Below are positions 28,665-41,074 of a DNA stretch of 64,000 nucleotides, piece by piece (position 1 is the stretch's first letter; each line of letters begins with the position of its first letter). The position numbers were made by a program, and so were the translations under genes. A model generated the notes under the pieces. That model did not search any database. It had not been told where the DNA came from and saw only the letters and a program-made list of their open reading frames with translations. This DNA is from Chrysomallon squamiferum. Its lineage: Eukaryota > Animalia > Mollusca. Location: NCBI GenBank assembly GCA_012295275.1, contig CM022671.1:2294001-2358000 (forward strand), in the 5' to 3' direction.

Positions 28665-28695
<31 letters not shown>

Positions 28696-28801
28696 TTTTA
28701 TTTTATTTTATTTTTTTTTGTTGTTGTTGCTTATTATTATTATTATTATTATTATTACCTTCTACCAAGAAACAGAATAGTATTATAAAAAGAAGACGCA
28801 T
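26907..28801 (-). CDS. EGF-repeat (MEGF10/SCARF-like) gene 2, subfamily 1, open spliced frame
   Basis: Exons 28759-28801 (MRLLFIILFCFLVE), 28425-28559 and 27635-28069 (WSYNCSECKGQCKSCLPGWYGDNC...CLDGCKKGWWGNFC), all GT-AG, phase 1, no stops. A possible terminal exon 26907-27043 (DIPFYLYIYFMTWAR...GENITIL*) is uncertain. Confidence 0.7.
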
Positions 28802-30959
28802 GCATGATTTTCAGCCCCACAGTCAACCAGCTCAGTTATAAACTAAAATAAGAAGATCGTTAGTAAGGAAATAGATACTGCCTTTTCTGGATAAACTCCA
28901 AGGAGTCCTCAGAAAATACCTTTTACCGAGAATTGTTAATCTGAGCTATAAGGTCAGGAAGGTCTATACTGGGTAGTCAACAAATAATCTTTTACATGGA
29001 TCTTTCAAGATAATATATAACGTGTATAAAATGACTCACATTTCACACTTGAGTGAATATCTTTAGACAACTGCACAGTACACAGAATGTTACGTAGATG
29101 TTAATAATATTACTAGTGATTTTCTGTTTACTTTAAATAACAGCAATTTACCAATGCTAAAGCAATCTACTTTAGAACAAATTTCAAAATTATTCATAAA
29201 ACTGAGCCTTGATTGTAAATCTGTAAAACTGCAGTTTTTATTCTTCCAGTTTGTTTATAAAGAGAAAATGCTTTTCTTTTTTTTTCTACTTTCTGCTACA
29301 TTTACGCACTTCACAAGTGAATAACAAGTGTATATATATTCTAAGTTAAACAAACAAAGAAAAACTGAAGAAGTAAATAATAATAAAGAAAAAAGAAGAA
29401 AATACAGGAAGAATGAGTAAAGAATGAACTAAAAAAGAACGATAGAGCTTTTATTTCTCTAAAAATCTCTAAATTACCGAACTTTTCTAACGTAACATTC
29501 TATTACAATAACACTATAGCTATCTATATCCTTCTTTCTAAAACACAACTTTTGAAACATGAATAGTACTACAAGTACTGTGTTTAAGCTGTTTTATGTA
29601 TAACATACTAACATACTAATATAGTTACGCTTCTTCGTCTGTAATAATACATAAACATTAACACTACAGTTGTGTTTACACCCTTTATAATGTTCTAACA
29701 CACTAACACTACAACTGTGTACACCTACACGTGAGAAACAATTATAAGCAGAAAACCTTTATTTGAGTATGTAACATTAGAGTGTGTCTCTGAATATATG
29801 ATGTAAATCTGTTTTTAATATATTGTTTAGTCGTGAAAATGAAAACAGAAACACAGAAAATAATTATAATTTGTTTTATTGAAAATGCATAAGGTAATAA
29901 TAACAATCGCTATCTCTTTAGCTCTCTGTATGTGTGTATGTGCACCGATAGATTGAGTTTGCATGTAAAATATAGTAATTACAGATTTTTCATACACTCT
30001 CAAGCATTGAAAAGAAATCTATGAAAATATTAATTCATAATAACAATCTCTAAGTACATTGATTCATAGTGATATCACTGTTTGTCATGTTTTAGTTATC
30101 ATCATATTCCATATTGAAGCCTACCAGTGTTTTTTTCAATTAATAAAGAGAAATGTTTCATATACACTCTTAGACACACAAATACAGTTTTCTTCTGTTA
30201 ATAAAACAAACATATTTTGTTTTAACAAGATTGATTTAATGGTTTATAGAAATCAGTTACATGGTAATAAATTAAGTTGGTATTAATATATAAAAAGCAT
30301 TTGTATTCTGAATTATATAGTGAAATAGAATTCTTAAAGTTTTATCGAAGTTTAGTAAATAAATTTAATAAATGTTTTGAAACGAAGATATAATAGGCCT
30401 ACTGTTCATTTGACAGAAAGTTTCTTTCCTTTTTCTAATATATACTGAAAATGAACTGCATTTTTATTATCTAGCCCTGTATACGTTAATTTAGTATATT
30501 TTTTAGACAAACATATCGATTTTACTAATGAATATTATCAAATTTTATCTCCAAATGCACAATACATTTTTATAATGAACATGACAAAGCACAGCTTTCA
30601 ATAGTATACATTTTATTTACTCTGTTTCAAAGGTACAAGAGGCTTCTTATTTAATATTATGTTATAGTTTTAATTACCTGTTTATTTGTTTATTTTTATA
30701 TTTGGCATTATTCTTCTTGTTATAATATTATTTTATGTAAATAAATTATCGTAATGCATTATTGTCATGTGACACTTTAATAAACAACACAATTTAAGTA
30801 TTAGATATTAGCAGCTAATTAAAACTACGTTATTTCATGATATTATAGATACTGATAAAATTTAAACAAACTGGGAAATGTAATTAGGAGAGTACGATAT
30901 TTGAAACTAAAGAAATTAGTTTAAATTATTTTACTACTGCTGAAATAAAAATACGGTGA

Positions 30960-31330
30960 AAGTATGAAATAAGTCCGTAAGGAATGTTTAAAATAGATGT
31001 ATCGGGATGCATGCAATAAATGTATAGTTAGAGTATAAATAAGTGTAAAGTGAGAGCATAAAATAAATATATAGTGAATGTATAAAATAAGTTTGAAATG
31101 ATGTATAAGAACGTGTGCAGTGAAGTGTACACACAGGTGTGCAGTAAGTGTATGATGAAGTATATAATAAGGTATAGTGAGCTATCTGTACAATATGTTC
31201 ATAAAATAAGTGAACAGGGAGCGTGTGATGAAAATTAGTTTGTGTATAGTCAGTGTATAAAAATTAGTATTTGTGCAATGAGCGTATAAAAAATAAAACT
31301 AGTTCTGTGAGAGTAAAAAGTAAGTGTTCA
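30960..31330. repeat. Degenerate minisatellite-like tract (GTATAAA.TAAGTGT-type units); inverted homolog at 61386-61600
   Basis: Recurring gtataa/aagtgt units. The reverse complement of 61386-61600 aligns by eye to ~30960-31175. Confidence 0.7.
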
Positions 31331-31457
31331 CAGAAGATAGAGTCAACCATGTTCATCGAATAAATAATAAGAACAATCTATATTTAACCCTACACATTAA
31401 ATAAAAACCATACACAGATAAACTCTAACTTTAAATCTGCCTTTCTCGTATTTGCAG

Positions 31458-31986
31458 ATGCTGCTGGTTCGACAAAATTATCTTCCGATTTCTACAAAGG
31501 AGTTGGATCTGGTATCGGCATCACTATCAGCATCGGCATGTTCGTTATTTCTATGTATTGTTGTTATAGGTATGAATTTTTCTATGTTATTTTCTAAGAA
31601 ATTAATAGTTTGGAAAATCATACACTTCTTAAACTATTCGGCCATTTTCGAACCGCTAATATTTGGGCTAATACTCTTTTTGATATATGTTTTATTATTT
31701 TGGATGTATCTGTATTATTATATATTTCTATCACTCTCTTGGTTACTCTTTGTTTGCATTTTCATGTAATTTTGTTATTTCAGTACCTCGAAATAATATA
31801 TTCCTCCTTTGATGCATAGTACGAATTTCCTTAATCTGAGAGTCACTGTTTATTTATTACAGAAAAACAATGAGAGTTTGCAGGCAGGAACCAAACTGTA
31901 CACGGCAACCAGCTTCTTCGTCTGAATACACGTTAGACGTTATTGCTAATTCTAATGATGACGATACTGTTCATTTATGTAATTAG
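31458..31986 (+). pseudogene. Orphan TM exon and cytoplasmic-tail exon of a subfamily-2 receptor (ectodomain exon deleted)
   Basis: 31458-31569 (phase 1 to 2) reads AAGSTKLSSDFYKGVGSGIGITISIGMFVISMYCCYR. 31863-31986 reads KTMRVCRQEPNCTRQPASSSEYTLDVIANSNDDDTVHLCN*. Splice sites and phases match. Upstream flanks match both sides of the 61908-62244 exon, but the exon itself is absent. Confidence 0.7.
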
Positions 31987-33336
31987 TTAAATCCATGATG
32001 GCATCTACAACTATTACTTCTACGTCAGCAAGATCACTTTCGTTTGAAAGATCATAACCAGGGTGCACAAAACGGAAAATATAATCAAAGTTTGAAGAAA
32101 AACGTTACAACATTTATACGTCAAACGTACATAAACAATTTTGAATCTGTATAGAAATATGTTTACCTGTCGAAAGTTGAGAAACAAATACAGCGGCTTT
32201 TAATGTTGTAGATTTTGTTAGCATAGACAAGTTTTGTTTCATCCTACTTTTTGTTATAATTCTGTTTTTGAAATTTCTGTGGTGTAAGAATTTTTTTATA
32301 TTTTATTTAAAATATTTATTTTATAAATTATTTAAAATTATTAATAAATCATTTAATATTAATCATTGTTTGTTGTCAGTTAATTTTTGGTTTGTTTCTT
32401 TGTTTATTCCTTCATTTATTTCTTTATTTCTTTAATTTTTGTTTTATTTGATTATATTTATTTTGTGTGTTTCTTTTTGTATATGTATATGTGTGTATGG
32501 GTGTGTATTTGTTTTCATAACTTTTACAAAATGTTTATTCTGAATGTTGAATTTTTGAGTTTAATTATTTATGTAAAAAGAAACGATATTTACAATTACA
32601 TACAATGATTAGAATTGGACACTCGTATTTTTAATATATAAAAATAAATTCTACTTTGTCTTATTTACTGTTATTTATTTTGTGATTGTTTTATGAAATT
32701 ATAGAGATTACTGTTTGGAATATCGAAAATGAAATATTTAGTAAGTAGAAAGTAAAAGTAATAATTCAATAATCGAAATATGTTTTCAAGATGGCTATTT
32801 AAGACATTTTTATTTATTTATAATGACGAAGAACTGGATTTATGTCATGTTAAACTTAATAGATACTTCAATCTTCATTGTTAATCATTTTTCTAAAGAT
32901 GTCAGATAATGGTTCAAAGAAGATTTGAACTCGTAAAGGATATAATACCTTGCTTCTTTATTTATTTAATTAGTCGTGGAATCTCGCGTGATCTAACCCT
33001 TATTACGTCAGCTTTAAAACTACAGTACCTGATCACGTTCGCATTGGCAAGAAATGTATTTTAACAAAGATAATTTTAGTTAGATAAAATTGGCGGATTA
33101 ACGATTGCAAATAATGAAGTTATGATAATGACGGAAACTTTGTCGATGACATTTTTTGAAAATATTTCTGTCAGTGGTGTTATATATATCTATCTATCTA
33201 TCATTTTTTGAAAATAGTTATATCATTTGGTTAATATTATATCTTTCTATCTATATAAATATGTATATATAATATTAACCAAGTGAAATATTTTTAATAA
33301 TCAGCTAAAACTAGAATGATAAAAAGTTTTGAAACC

Positions 33337-33787
33337 CTTTAATCTGAATGTAAAATTAATGAAAATGTTACTGAGAATAAATTAGCAATTTAATTATTTA
33401 CATTCTGGTACCTCATCTTTCTGTTGTTGTTGTGTGGGTTTTTTTTTTTTTTTTTTTTTTTTTGTTTTTTCACAGAAATCACAAACACAGACTGCTGATG
33501 AACTAAATAGAAGGAATAGCTCCATTTGCAGAGAAAATATTATGAAATGCATGAGCAAAACATGCAAATGAAGCAGTTTGATAAAAAGTAACTAATGTAT
33601 ACCCTTCAGACCTTTGGCATTGCCTCTAGTTTGCATGTGAATGAAAGAATGTTTTGACAATTAAAACTAATCAACAGTGACATTGACTGTGGACTTGAGT
33701 TCATTTCTGGGTTGCTTTGACCCAGTTTCATTAATATCAAGTGTGATCTTACATCTAGCTAGAATAATGGGCATTCAGAAAATAATG
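33337..33787 (+). pseudogene. EIF2B1: Fourth EIF2B1 fragment: stop codon and 3'UTR only
   Basis: cctttaatctgaatgt...gcattcagaaaataatg matches 23590-24047. The 3' half is near-identical and the 5' half more diverged. Confidence 0.8.
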
Positions 33788-34230
33788 ATTGACTGTGAAA
33801 GATTAAATGCATAGTCACTCTTATTGTTGTAGAGCAAGTTCAGTCATTTTACCATATATCAGTGTCCACCATTTAAACCAGATTTTAAAAAAAAAGCAAC
33901 AAAAACATAAGTTCACCATTGTCGCCCAACCTCAGAAATGCTCCCAACCTCCAATTATTTTTTATTGTTTATTCTTTTAACAAAGCCAAACAAAACCCTT
34001 AAATAAAAAGTTAAAATTGAATGTTTGAGATGACTGCATTTCAGTCTCACACCTTCCTATCATTACCTCGAAATGAATAGTTTGTTTTTCGTTTTATTCC
34101 TGAATACCTCTATTACACATAAAAAAAAAAAAAAAAAAATTCATGCCTACGTGGAAATGTTAACGAGTATGTTTTTATTTATTTATTTATTATTTTATTT
34201 ATTTATTTATTTATTTATTTATTTTATTTA

Positions 34231-34306
<76 letters not shown>

Positions 34307-35155
34307 AATGTGGTGTAATTTAGAAAATTTATCATACAAAACTGTGATATAATGTAAAATTTCCTATATGAATAATGCATTAAATGGTTTCACCACACAA
34401 TGCCTTTTCCCATGAATTACGGTTAGGATTTGTATATACTGTTCAGTGACTGCTCTTGTGAGCATTATAATAATTGTTATGAACAGACATATGAGATCTA
34501 TAATAAGATATGAGATCTACGTTTACATGTTTAACCATATGGCAAGGACATACGGGATTTCCAAAATATATTGTGCGTTCTCGAGAAATGACAATACGCT
34601 GAAATACTTACTGTCTTCTTTCGAAAGTCTAGTTACGGGTATGAATTAGAATTTAGAAACCGAAGTTCAGTGCATACGTTGTTATGTTTTCCATTTTGAA
34701 AGTGAGATTTATTATTCTGGAATGCAGATAGATTTCATTATATTATGTATTATATGCTGGTGTGTTTTAAACGTTATTGGTGGTAAGTATAATTTGTAGG
34801 TTTTTTGGTGTGTTCTTGTGTGTGTGGATGTGTATGTATATTCGTGTGTGTTTGTGTGTGTCTGTGTGTGTATATGTTTGTATGTGTTTAAGATGATATC
34901 TAGGTATCATGAAAACATAATTACTGTATTTAATTATATCATATTTTTATTTAATTATTACACCATGACAGCTTATTATAATTTGCACTGCAGTCGGAAT
35001 ATATATATATATACTTTAATGGTTTGACAAGTAATGTTAATTTTCAAATTCAGAAAAAAAAAGAAAAAAAAAGTTTTTCTTTAGTGCGCACCTTTCACAA
35101 TATATCCTTAAAACAATAACTGATTCTATATGATTTATAAAATAAAAAAATATAT

Positions 35156-35209
35156 ATAATAATAATAATAATAGTAAAAATACTAATACTAATAATAATA
35201 ATAATAATA

Positions 35210-35303
<94 letters not shown>

Positions 35304-35336
35304 TACACCATCTGTCAAAAAAAAATAAATAAATAA

Positions 35337-35387
<51 letters not shown>

Positions 35388-35400
35388 TATTATTATTATA
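35156..35400. repeat. Compound (AAT)n/(ATT)n inverted microsatellite
   Basis: An AAT tract switches directly to an ATT tract at ~35275, with a further ATT tract at ~35337-35400. Confidence 0.9.
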
Positions 35401-35876
35401 TTTAATTATTTATTTTTTATTTTTTTTATTATTATTATTTTTTTTTATTTCACTATTTGTTTGGAGATAACATTCATGTCCAGTTAAGATATTCAGATAA
35501 CAATAGGGATGATCGGTCAGGAGGGGATACGTTTTAGCAATATAATTTCTAATTCAAATACAAATCGGAAAACAAACCCTCATAATGGTTTAAAAGAAAC
35601 TTTCAGTATATATTCAGTCATTTTTTACTCTGCCTGTTTGAAAAACATGCATGTCTTACATCTTTGTGGGAAAGATTTTAACTCTTGACCTGTCCTCTTT
35701 TGCTTACTAGCACCTTAGCCTACCTTTCTGAACATGGAAGACATAAGCTCTTTTTCGCAGCGATATTTTCTCTATAACTTTCTCTACAGTATATTTCAAG
35801 ATATCCACTGACAACTGTCTTCGATTGCCCTTCTTTCGGTTTTTTTTTCACCATCTGTCAATAAATAAAGAAATAA

Positions 35877-35949
<73 letters not shown>

Positions 35950-37197
35950 TTTTTTATTATCATTTTTTGAAAAAATTTGTTTACTAATATATTTTTTTAT
36001 TTACTTATTTATTTATTTAATTTTTTTTTTTTTTTTTTTTATCTATTTTGTTTATGTGCAGTTGACCATTTCAATGGTATCAGAAAATGACAAGCAAATT
36101 AATTTATAAAATACACACAGATTCAATGGTTTCTTTGGGGCACACTAGGGAGTGGTCCAACCTTCCCCGACCCGACCTGTCCCACGCAGTTTGCTTTCAT
36201 TTTAGTTTTAATTGTTCTTTCTTTACCTGTAATTACCTGCTCGTTCAAATGTCATTTTATTTGTAAATGTTTTCAGAATTCTATATAACAAAAATTACCC
36301 TTAAAAATAAATAATCTTTAGCTCTATGTAAGAAACTGAATGTTGCAAAAACAATACAATGCCAAATCAAAGAGCGTCTCTTGCACAGCTTGAAAACTCG
36401 CGCCTGTCAAATAGCACTATGACGTCATCGGCAGATCTGGTTAATCAAAAACAATCGATGGACAAAAAAACGGAAAGAAAATACGCAGTTAACTGTTTAG
36501 GTGTCCCCTAATGGATCGAAAGAAGACGCATATAATGATCTGGTTAAATGTTTGAAGATAACCTAATTATAACGATACTGAGATACCTACCATGCATTTA
36601 ATGAAAATAATTTAATAAATATAGTGAAGATACACCTATAACTAAAGATACATATAATGGATCTAGTATTCACAGTTAATAGGTTAAACTAGCTGAAGAT
36701 TTATTGTGTTTGTTGTATTCAGAAAACAAGGGTATCATATGTGTCTAATTACATTCAGTATGCACATGTCGATAAAAAATAGTCTTGCATAGAAATTGAA
36801 AACGTATTTGTTAATACCATATAATCTTAATCTCTCAAGATGACATGTTTTAAACTGAACTTGCTAAAACTCGAAACTGTCATAGGTAAACTATTAAGGT
36901 AACGGTGAAGCGATTCAATTATAGCACCTGATACCTAAAGACATATTTCTATTTCATTTTTGTACATACTTATATAATTAAAAATACATTTATTGCTTGA
37001 AACAACAGACATATTTTGTCTTGTTTCCTAAATAGTTAATAATAAATTATTATGTTTCTCTTTGTGTTATATTTATTGTAAAATACAATGTTAAACAAGT
37101 AAAGAGGCTTTATACTGGAAATTTCAGTCTACATTTTCCTTAAAAGTAACAACAAAATACTACCTGTCCGTCTGCTAGTCTGTCTGTGTATTTTAAA

Positions 37198-37228
<31 letters not shown>

Positions 37229-37254
37229 TGTATGTATGTATGTATGTATGTATG
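37198..37254. repeat. (TATG)n microsatellite
   Basis: Direct reading. Confidence 0.95.
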
Positions 37255-37543
37255 CTGCTTTGTGTACGTAATGTTACATTATGTTGTTTATTTATGTCTT
37301 TCCTTCTTCCTTATTTTCTTTCTTCTTGTTATCTTTATTTATTTATTTAGTTGTTTTGTTTATTTATTTGTTTATTTATTTATTTAATGATTTTATATTC
37401 ATTTATTTAATTGCTTTGGTGTTAAATCAAAACCGGCAACAATTCACATACATATATAATTATGTGTGTGTACGTGTGTGTATATATAAAACATACATAT
37501 CTGTATGCGTGTCTGTGCTTCTTATTTTTATTTTCATTATTAG

Positions 37544-37715
37544 GTATAAGCCATCAACAAAACTGCTCCTATTGTGAAGGGTTCTGTTTACGCTGCATGC
37601 CGGGATATTATGGAAAACACTGTGATATTAGTTGTAGCAGATGCAAACAGTGCGATCGCCAGAGCGGAATGTGTAATAGTAATGGTAAATATTTATTTTC
37701 CCTCTCTTAAATATA

Positions 37716-37756
<41 letters not shown>

Positions 37757-38741
37757 TATTGTTTTTATCATAACCTCTTATGACCACCCTGTTGTCTACT
37801 CTTTTGTTATGTTCGATATGGAAAAAAGATTCACCACGGTTTGTCAGGAGGGGATGAATGTGATGATAAATAACTGTGTGAGCGCATTGATATATGACCT
37901 CCCACCGAGCTGTTTCCACAGTGGTCCAATAGCCAACTGTTAGAAAATCTTTATCAAAGTTATCTCTTTTGATTTCTTTGTTGTTGTTGTTTGTTTCATT
38001 GTTTGTTTCTTATTTCAGGGGGAAATTTCAGTGAACCACATGACTGGGCATACAATTGCACACACTGCACTGGCAATTGCAGATCTTGTTTACCTGGATG
38101 GTATGGTCAAAACTGTACTCTTAAATGTTTAAACTGCGATGTCGATGGATGCAATAAAGTCAACGGTTCTTGCTACAAATGCTCTCCTGGTTTCACTGGC
38201 AAGAATTGTACAGAACTATGTCCAGAAAATTGTGGATCATCTTTTGGCAGCAAACCTGTATGTGATCAGTTTTCACAAGAATGTCTAGATGGCTGCAAGA
38301 AAGGTTGGTGGGGAAATCACTGCCGTGAAAAATGTAGCGAGGGTTGTCTGCATTCAGAATGTTCTTACGATGGGACATTGTGTATACATGGTTGTAAAAC
38401 TGGGTACATTGGAGTACAATGCATACGTACAAACTGTAATGAAAACTGTTCAGAATGTGACAAGCAAAACAACTGTTTAAAATGTAAAGACAAAATGTAT
38501 GGCGTAGACTGTTCTCTGAGGTGTAATGAAGGATGTGTTGGAGGAGATTGTCAGAGAGATGGTTCATGCGAATGTCGCCATGGATACTTCGGAACCGACT
38601 GTGGCAGTAAAAACAAAATTGCCGAAGGTAGACCACAAATTTATTAAATTTTAAAAGTTAATGTTAGTGATCATATAATTATTAAAAATTAATATTTGAA
38701 AAATAGATGAATAGTAAATGAGAAAGAAAGAAAATGTATTT

Positions 38742-38792
<51 letters not shown>

Positions 38793-40211
38793 AGATATTG
38801 GGAATAACTGGTTACTCTTTTAAGATACAAGTTTTATCCTTTGAAGATATGAATGCCCCGTGGCAGTGAGACACACACGTATAAACACTTTATAAATACA
38901 CACACATATTGGAGAGAGGTAGAGAAAGATCGACAGATAGGGAGAAATACAGACCTAGATAGACAGAGAGAGATAAAGCGAATATCCAATATTAAAATAT
39001 GTTTATCACTGAAAACACTGACATGGTCATTATTCTTAGGTTCCTGTCGTCCTGGTTGGTTCGGACCCAAGTGTCAACTCGAGTGCAACAACTGCAACAA
39101 CAATGGTTGCGAAAAACAATCAGGAATTTGTCACGAGTGCAGAGAAGGGTATTTTGGTTACTACTGTTCAGATCGCTGTTCAGAGAATTGTATTTTAAAT
39201 TACGATAACATTAGCAAATCTTCCTGCAGTCGAGATTCAGGGCAGTGTTTACATGGTTGTGTTAAAGGATGGTTTGGAGATCGATGTGAAACGAAGTGCA
39301 GTAAAAACTGTATTAAACAACTTTGTGAAAATGATGGAACGTGTCTTGAAGGCTGCTATCCTGGCTGGACCGGCAGACGCTGTCTGCAGAATTCTCCTAA
39401 ACTTGAAGGAGGTAAAATAGATGATGGCATCATATGTGATGTTACAAATACAGTTAATGATATACAAATTAAATATTCAGTGAAACAAAGAAAAAAGAAT
39501 ACAATATCTGAAACGTTTTAATGACATTCAGTATTTAAACTGTTTTTTACACTTTTGTTGATATTTACGTACATTTTCATTTGTAGATTTTATTATATGT
39601 ATTTGTAATAAGAAATGTTTTATCTTTATTTAATTTTATACGTTTTGGTAAATGATACTAATGTATATTTTATTATTATTATTTTTTTTTTTTTTTTTGG
39701 TTATGCGACAAAATTGGAATTAATTTTTGCATTCATTACACCGGTTCTGATTTTCATTGTTTTCTTAGCTGCTTATGTTATACACAAGTAAGTTGTTATA
39801 AATTATAAAGCAGCTGTATAATAAATATAATATGTGCGCGCGAATGTTTGTTAATTTAATTGAGATTTAAACTCAGACATTTCTATAGTATTTTATGGAT
39901 ATATACTTCGACCTCTGTATGTGTGTTTGTTTGTATGAAGGATTTCTTCATATTATTATGCTTTTCTTAATAATGATCTATAAACAATTATTATGTTTAT
40001 TTTATTTTATTTATTTAGTACGCTAGCGTTAGGTCTATCTGATTTAGTCTATACAGAAAGGAAACAATCGAATTAATAAAGTATCTTCAGGCTATTTTTT
40101 AATGAATCAATGATTATTCCTCATCCTGTACGGATGTGCGTGTGCATGAGTATCTGCCTGACTACATATTTGATTTAATTGATATGTTTATTGAGGCTGT
40201 AAGAAACGAAG

Positions 40212-40274
<63 letters not shown>

Positions 40275-40300
40275 GTATGTGTGTGTGTGTGTGTGTGTTG

Positions 40301-40357
<57 letters not shown>

Positions 40358-40879
40358 GTATGTATGTATATATATATATGTATGTATGTATATATATATA
40401 CACATTTTGTGTATGTATGTATACCAATGATGCTGTGTCAGCTATATGGATTATTTGCTCTTCCTGTTTCTCAGTCTCTCTATTTCTCTCTACATATACG
40501 TGTTTCTGTTACAGTATGTGTGTATTTGTGTGTCATTTCCATTTCCTTTATGTTTCCTATCTTAAACATTCCTCGTATGTGATTTCAACAGAATCTATAT
40601 AATACTGACTGATAAATGAATATTTATTTTGTTACAGGAAAATGAAGAACGCTGCAACATAAAGAACCGAATTCAGCACCTGAATCAGTTTCTTTGTCTG
40701 ACAACACATCAACGGTTACTGATCACTATGATCAAATTAATGAATCTCAGTTAGAGAGTTTCTCAGACATTTCATCAAATAACTCTCAACAAATTCCGTT
40801 ATGTTTCAACAACAACAACAACAACCAGATGTATTTACATCCTATAGTAGAAGATGTTTTTATTGTAGAAGTTTTATGA
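37544..40879 (+). CDS. EGF-repeat single-pass receptor gene 3 (MEGF10/SCARF-like), possibly damaged at the 3' end
   Basis: Stop-free phase-1 exons 37544-37684, 38019-38627 and 39040-39411 with regular C..GW.G..C repeats. TM exon 39700-39787 reads LELIFAFITPVLIFIVFLAAYVIHK, but its acceptor reads TG after a poly-T. The last exon from 40638 stops at 40660-40662 in the spliced frame, while a Tyr-motif tail runs to 40879 in another frame. The signal exon was not located. Confidence 0.75.
40215..40402. repeat. Compound (TA)n/(TG)n microsatellite
   Basis: Direct reading; source of several spurious ORFs. Confidence 0.95.
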
Positions 40880-41029
40880 CAAACGAGAAAGAAACAAGAA
40901 AGTGAAAAAAGGTAAAATAATGAAAAAAAAAAAAAAAAGGATAAGAAAAAGAATGTGTTCCCTTAAGTATGAGTTTAGTTTGCGTGTTGAGAGGAATATT
41001 TTGGGAATAATAATAATAATAATAATAAT

Positions 41030-41074
<45 letters not shown>

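Noticed and set aside
31920-31940. SEYTL in the subfamily-2 tail as an ITIM
   Set aside because: The Y+3 residue is Asp, so it does not fit S/I/V/LxYxxI/V/L, and the Tyr is not kept in the 42228 paralog.
36655-36735. Candidate signal-peptide exon for gene 3
   Set aside because: No ATG-initiated hydrophobic frame ending in a phase-1 donor could be read.
40136-40602. ORFs rich in CV, HT or YI repeats, and poly-Y/I/N ORFs elsewhere
   Set aside because: Translations of microsatellites.
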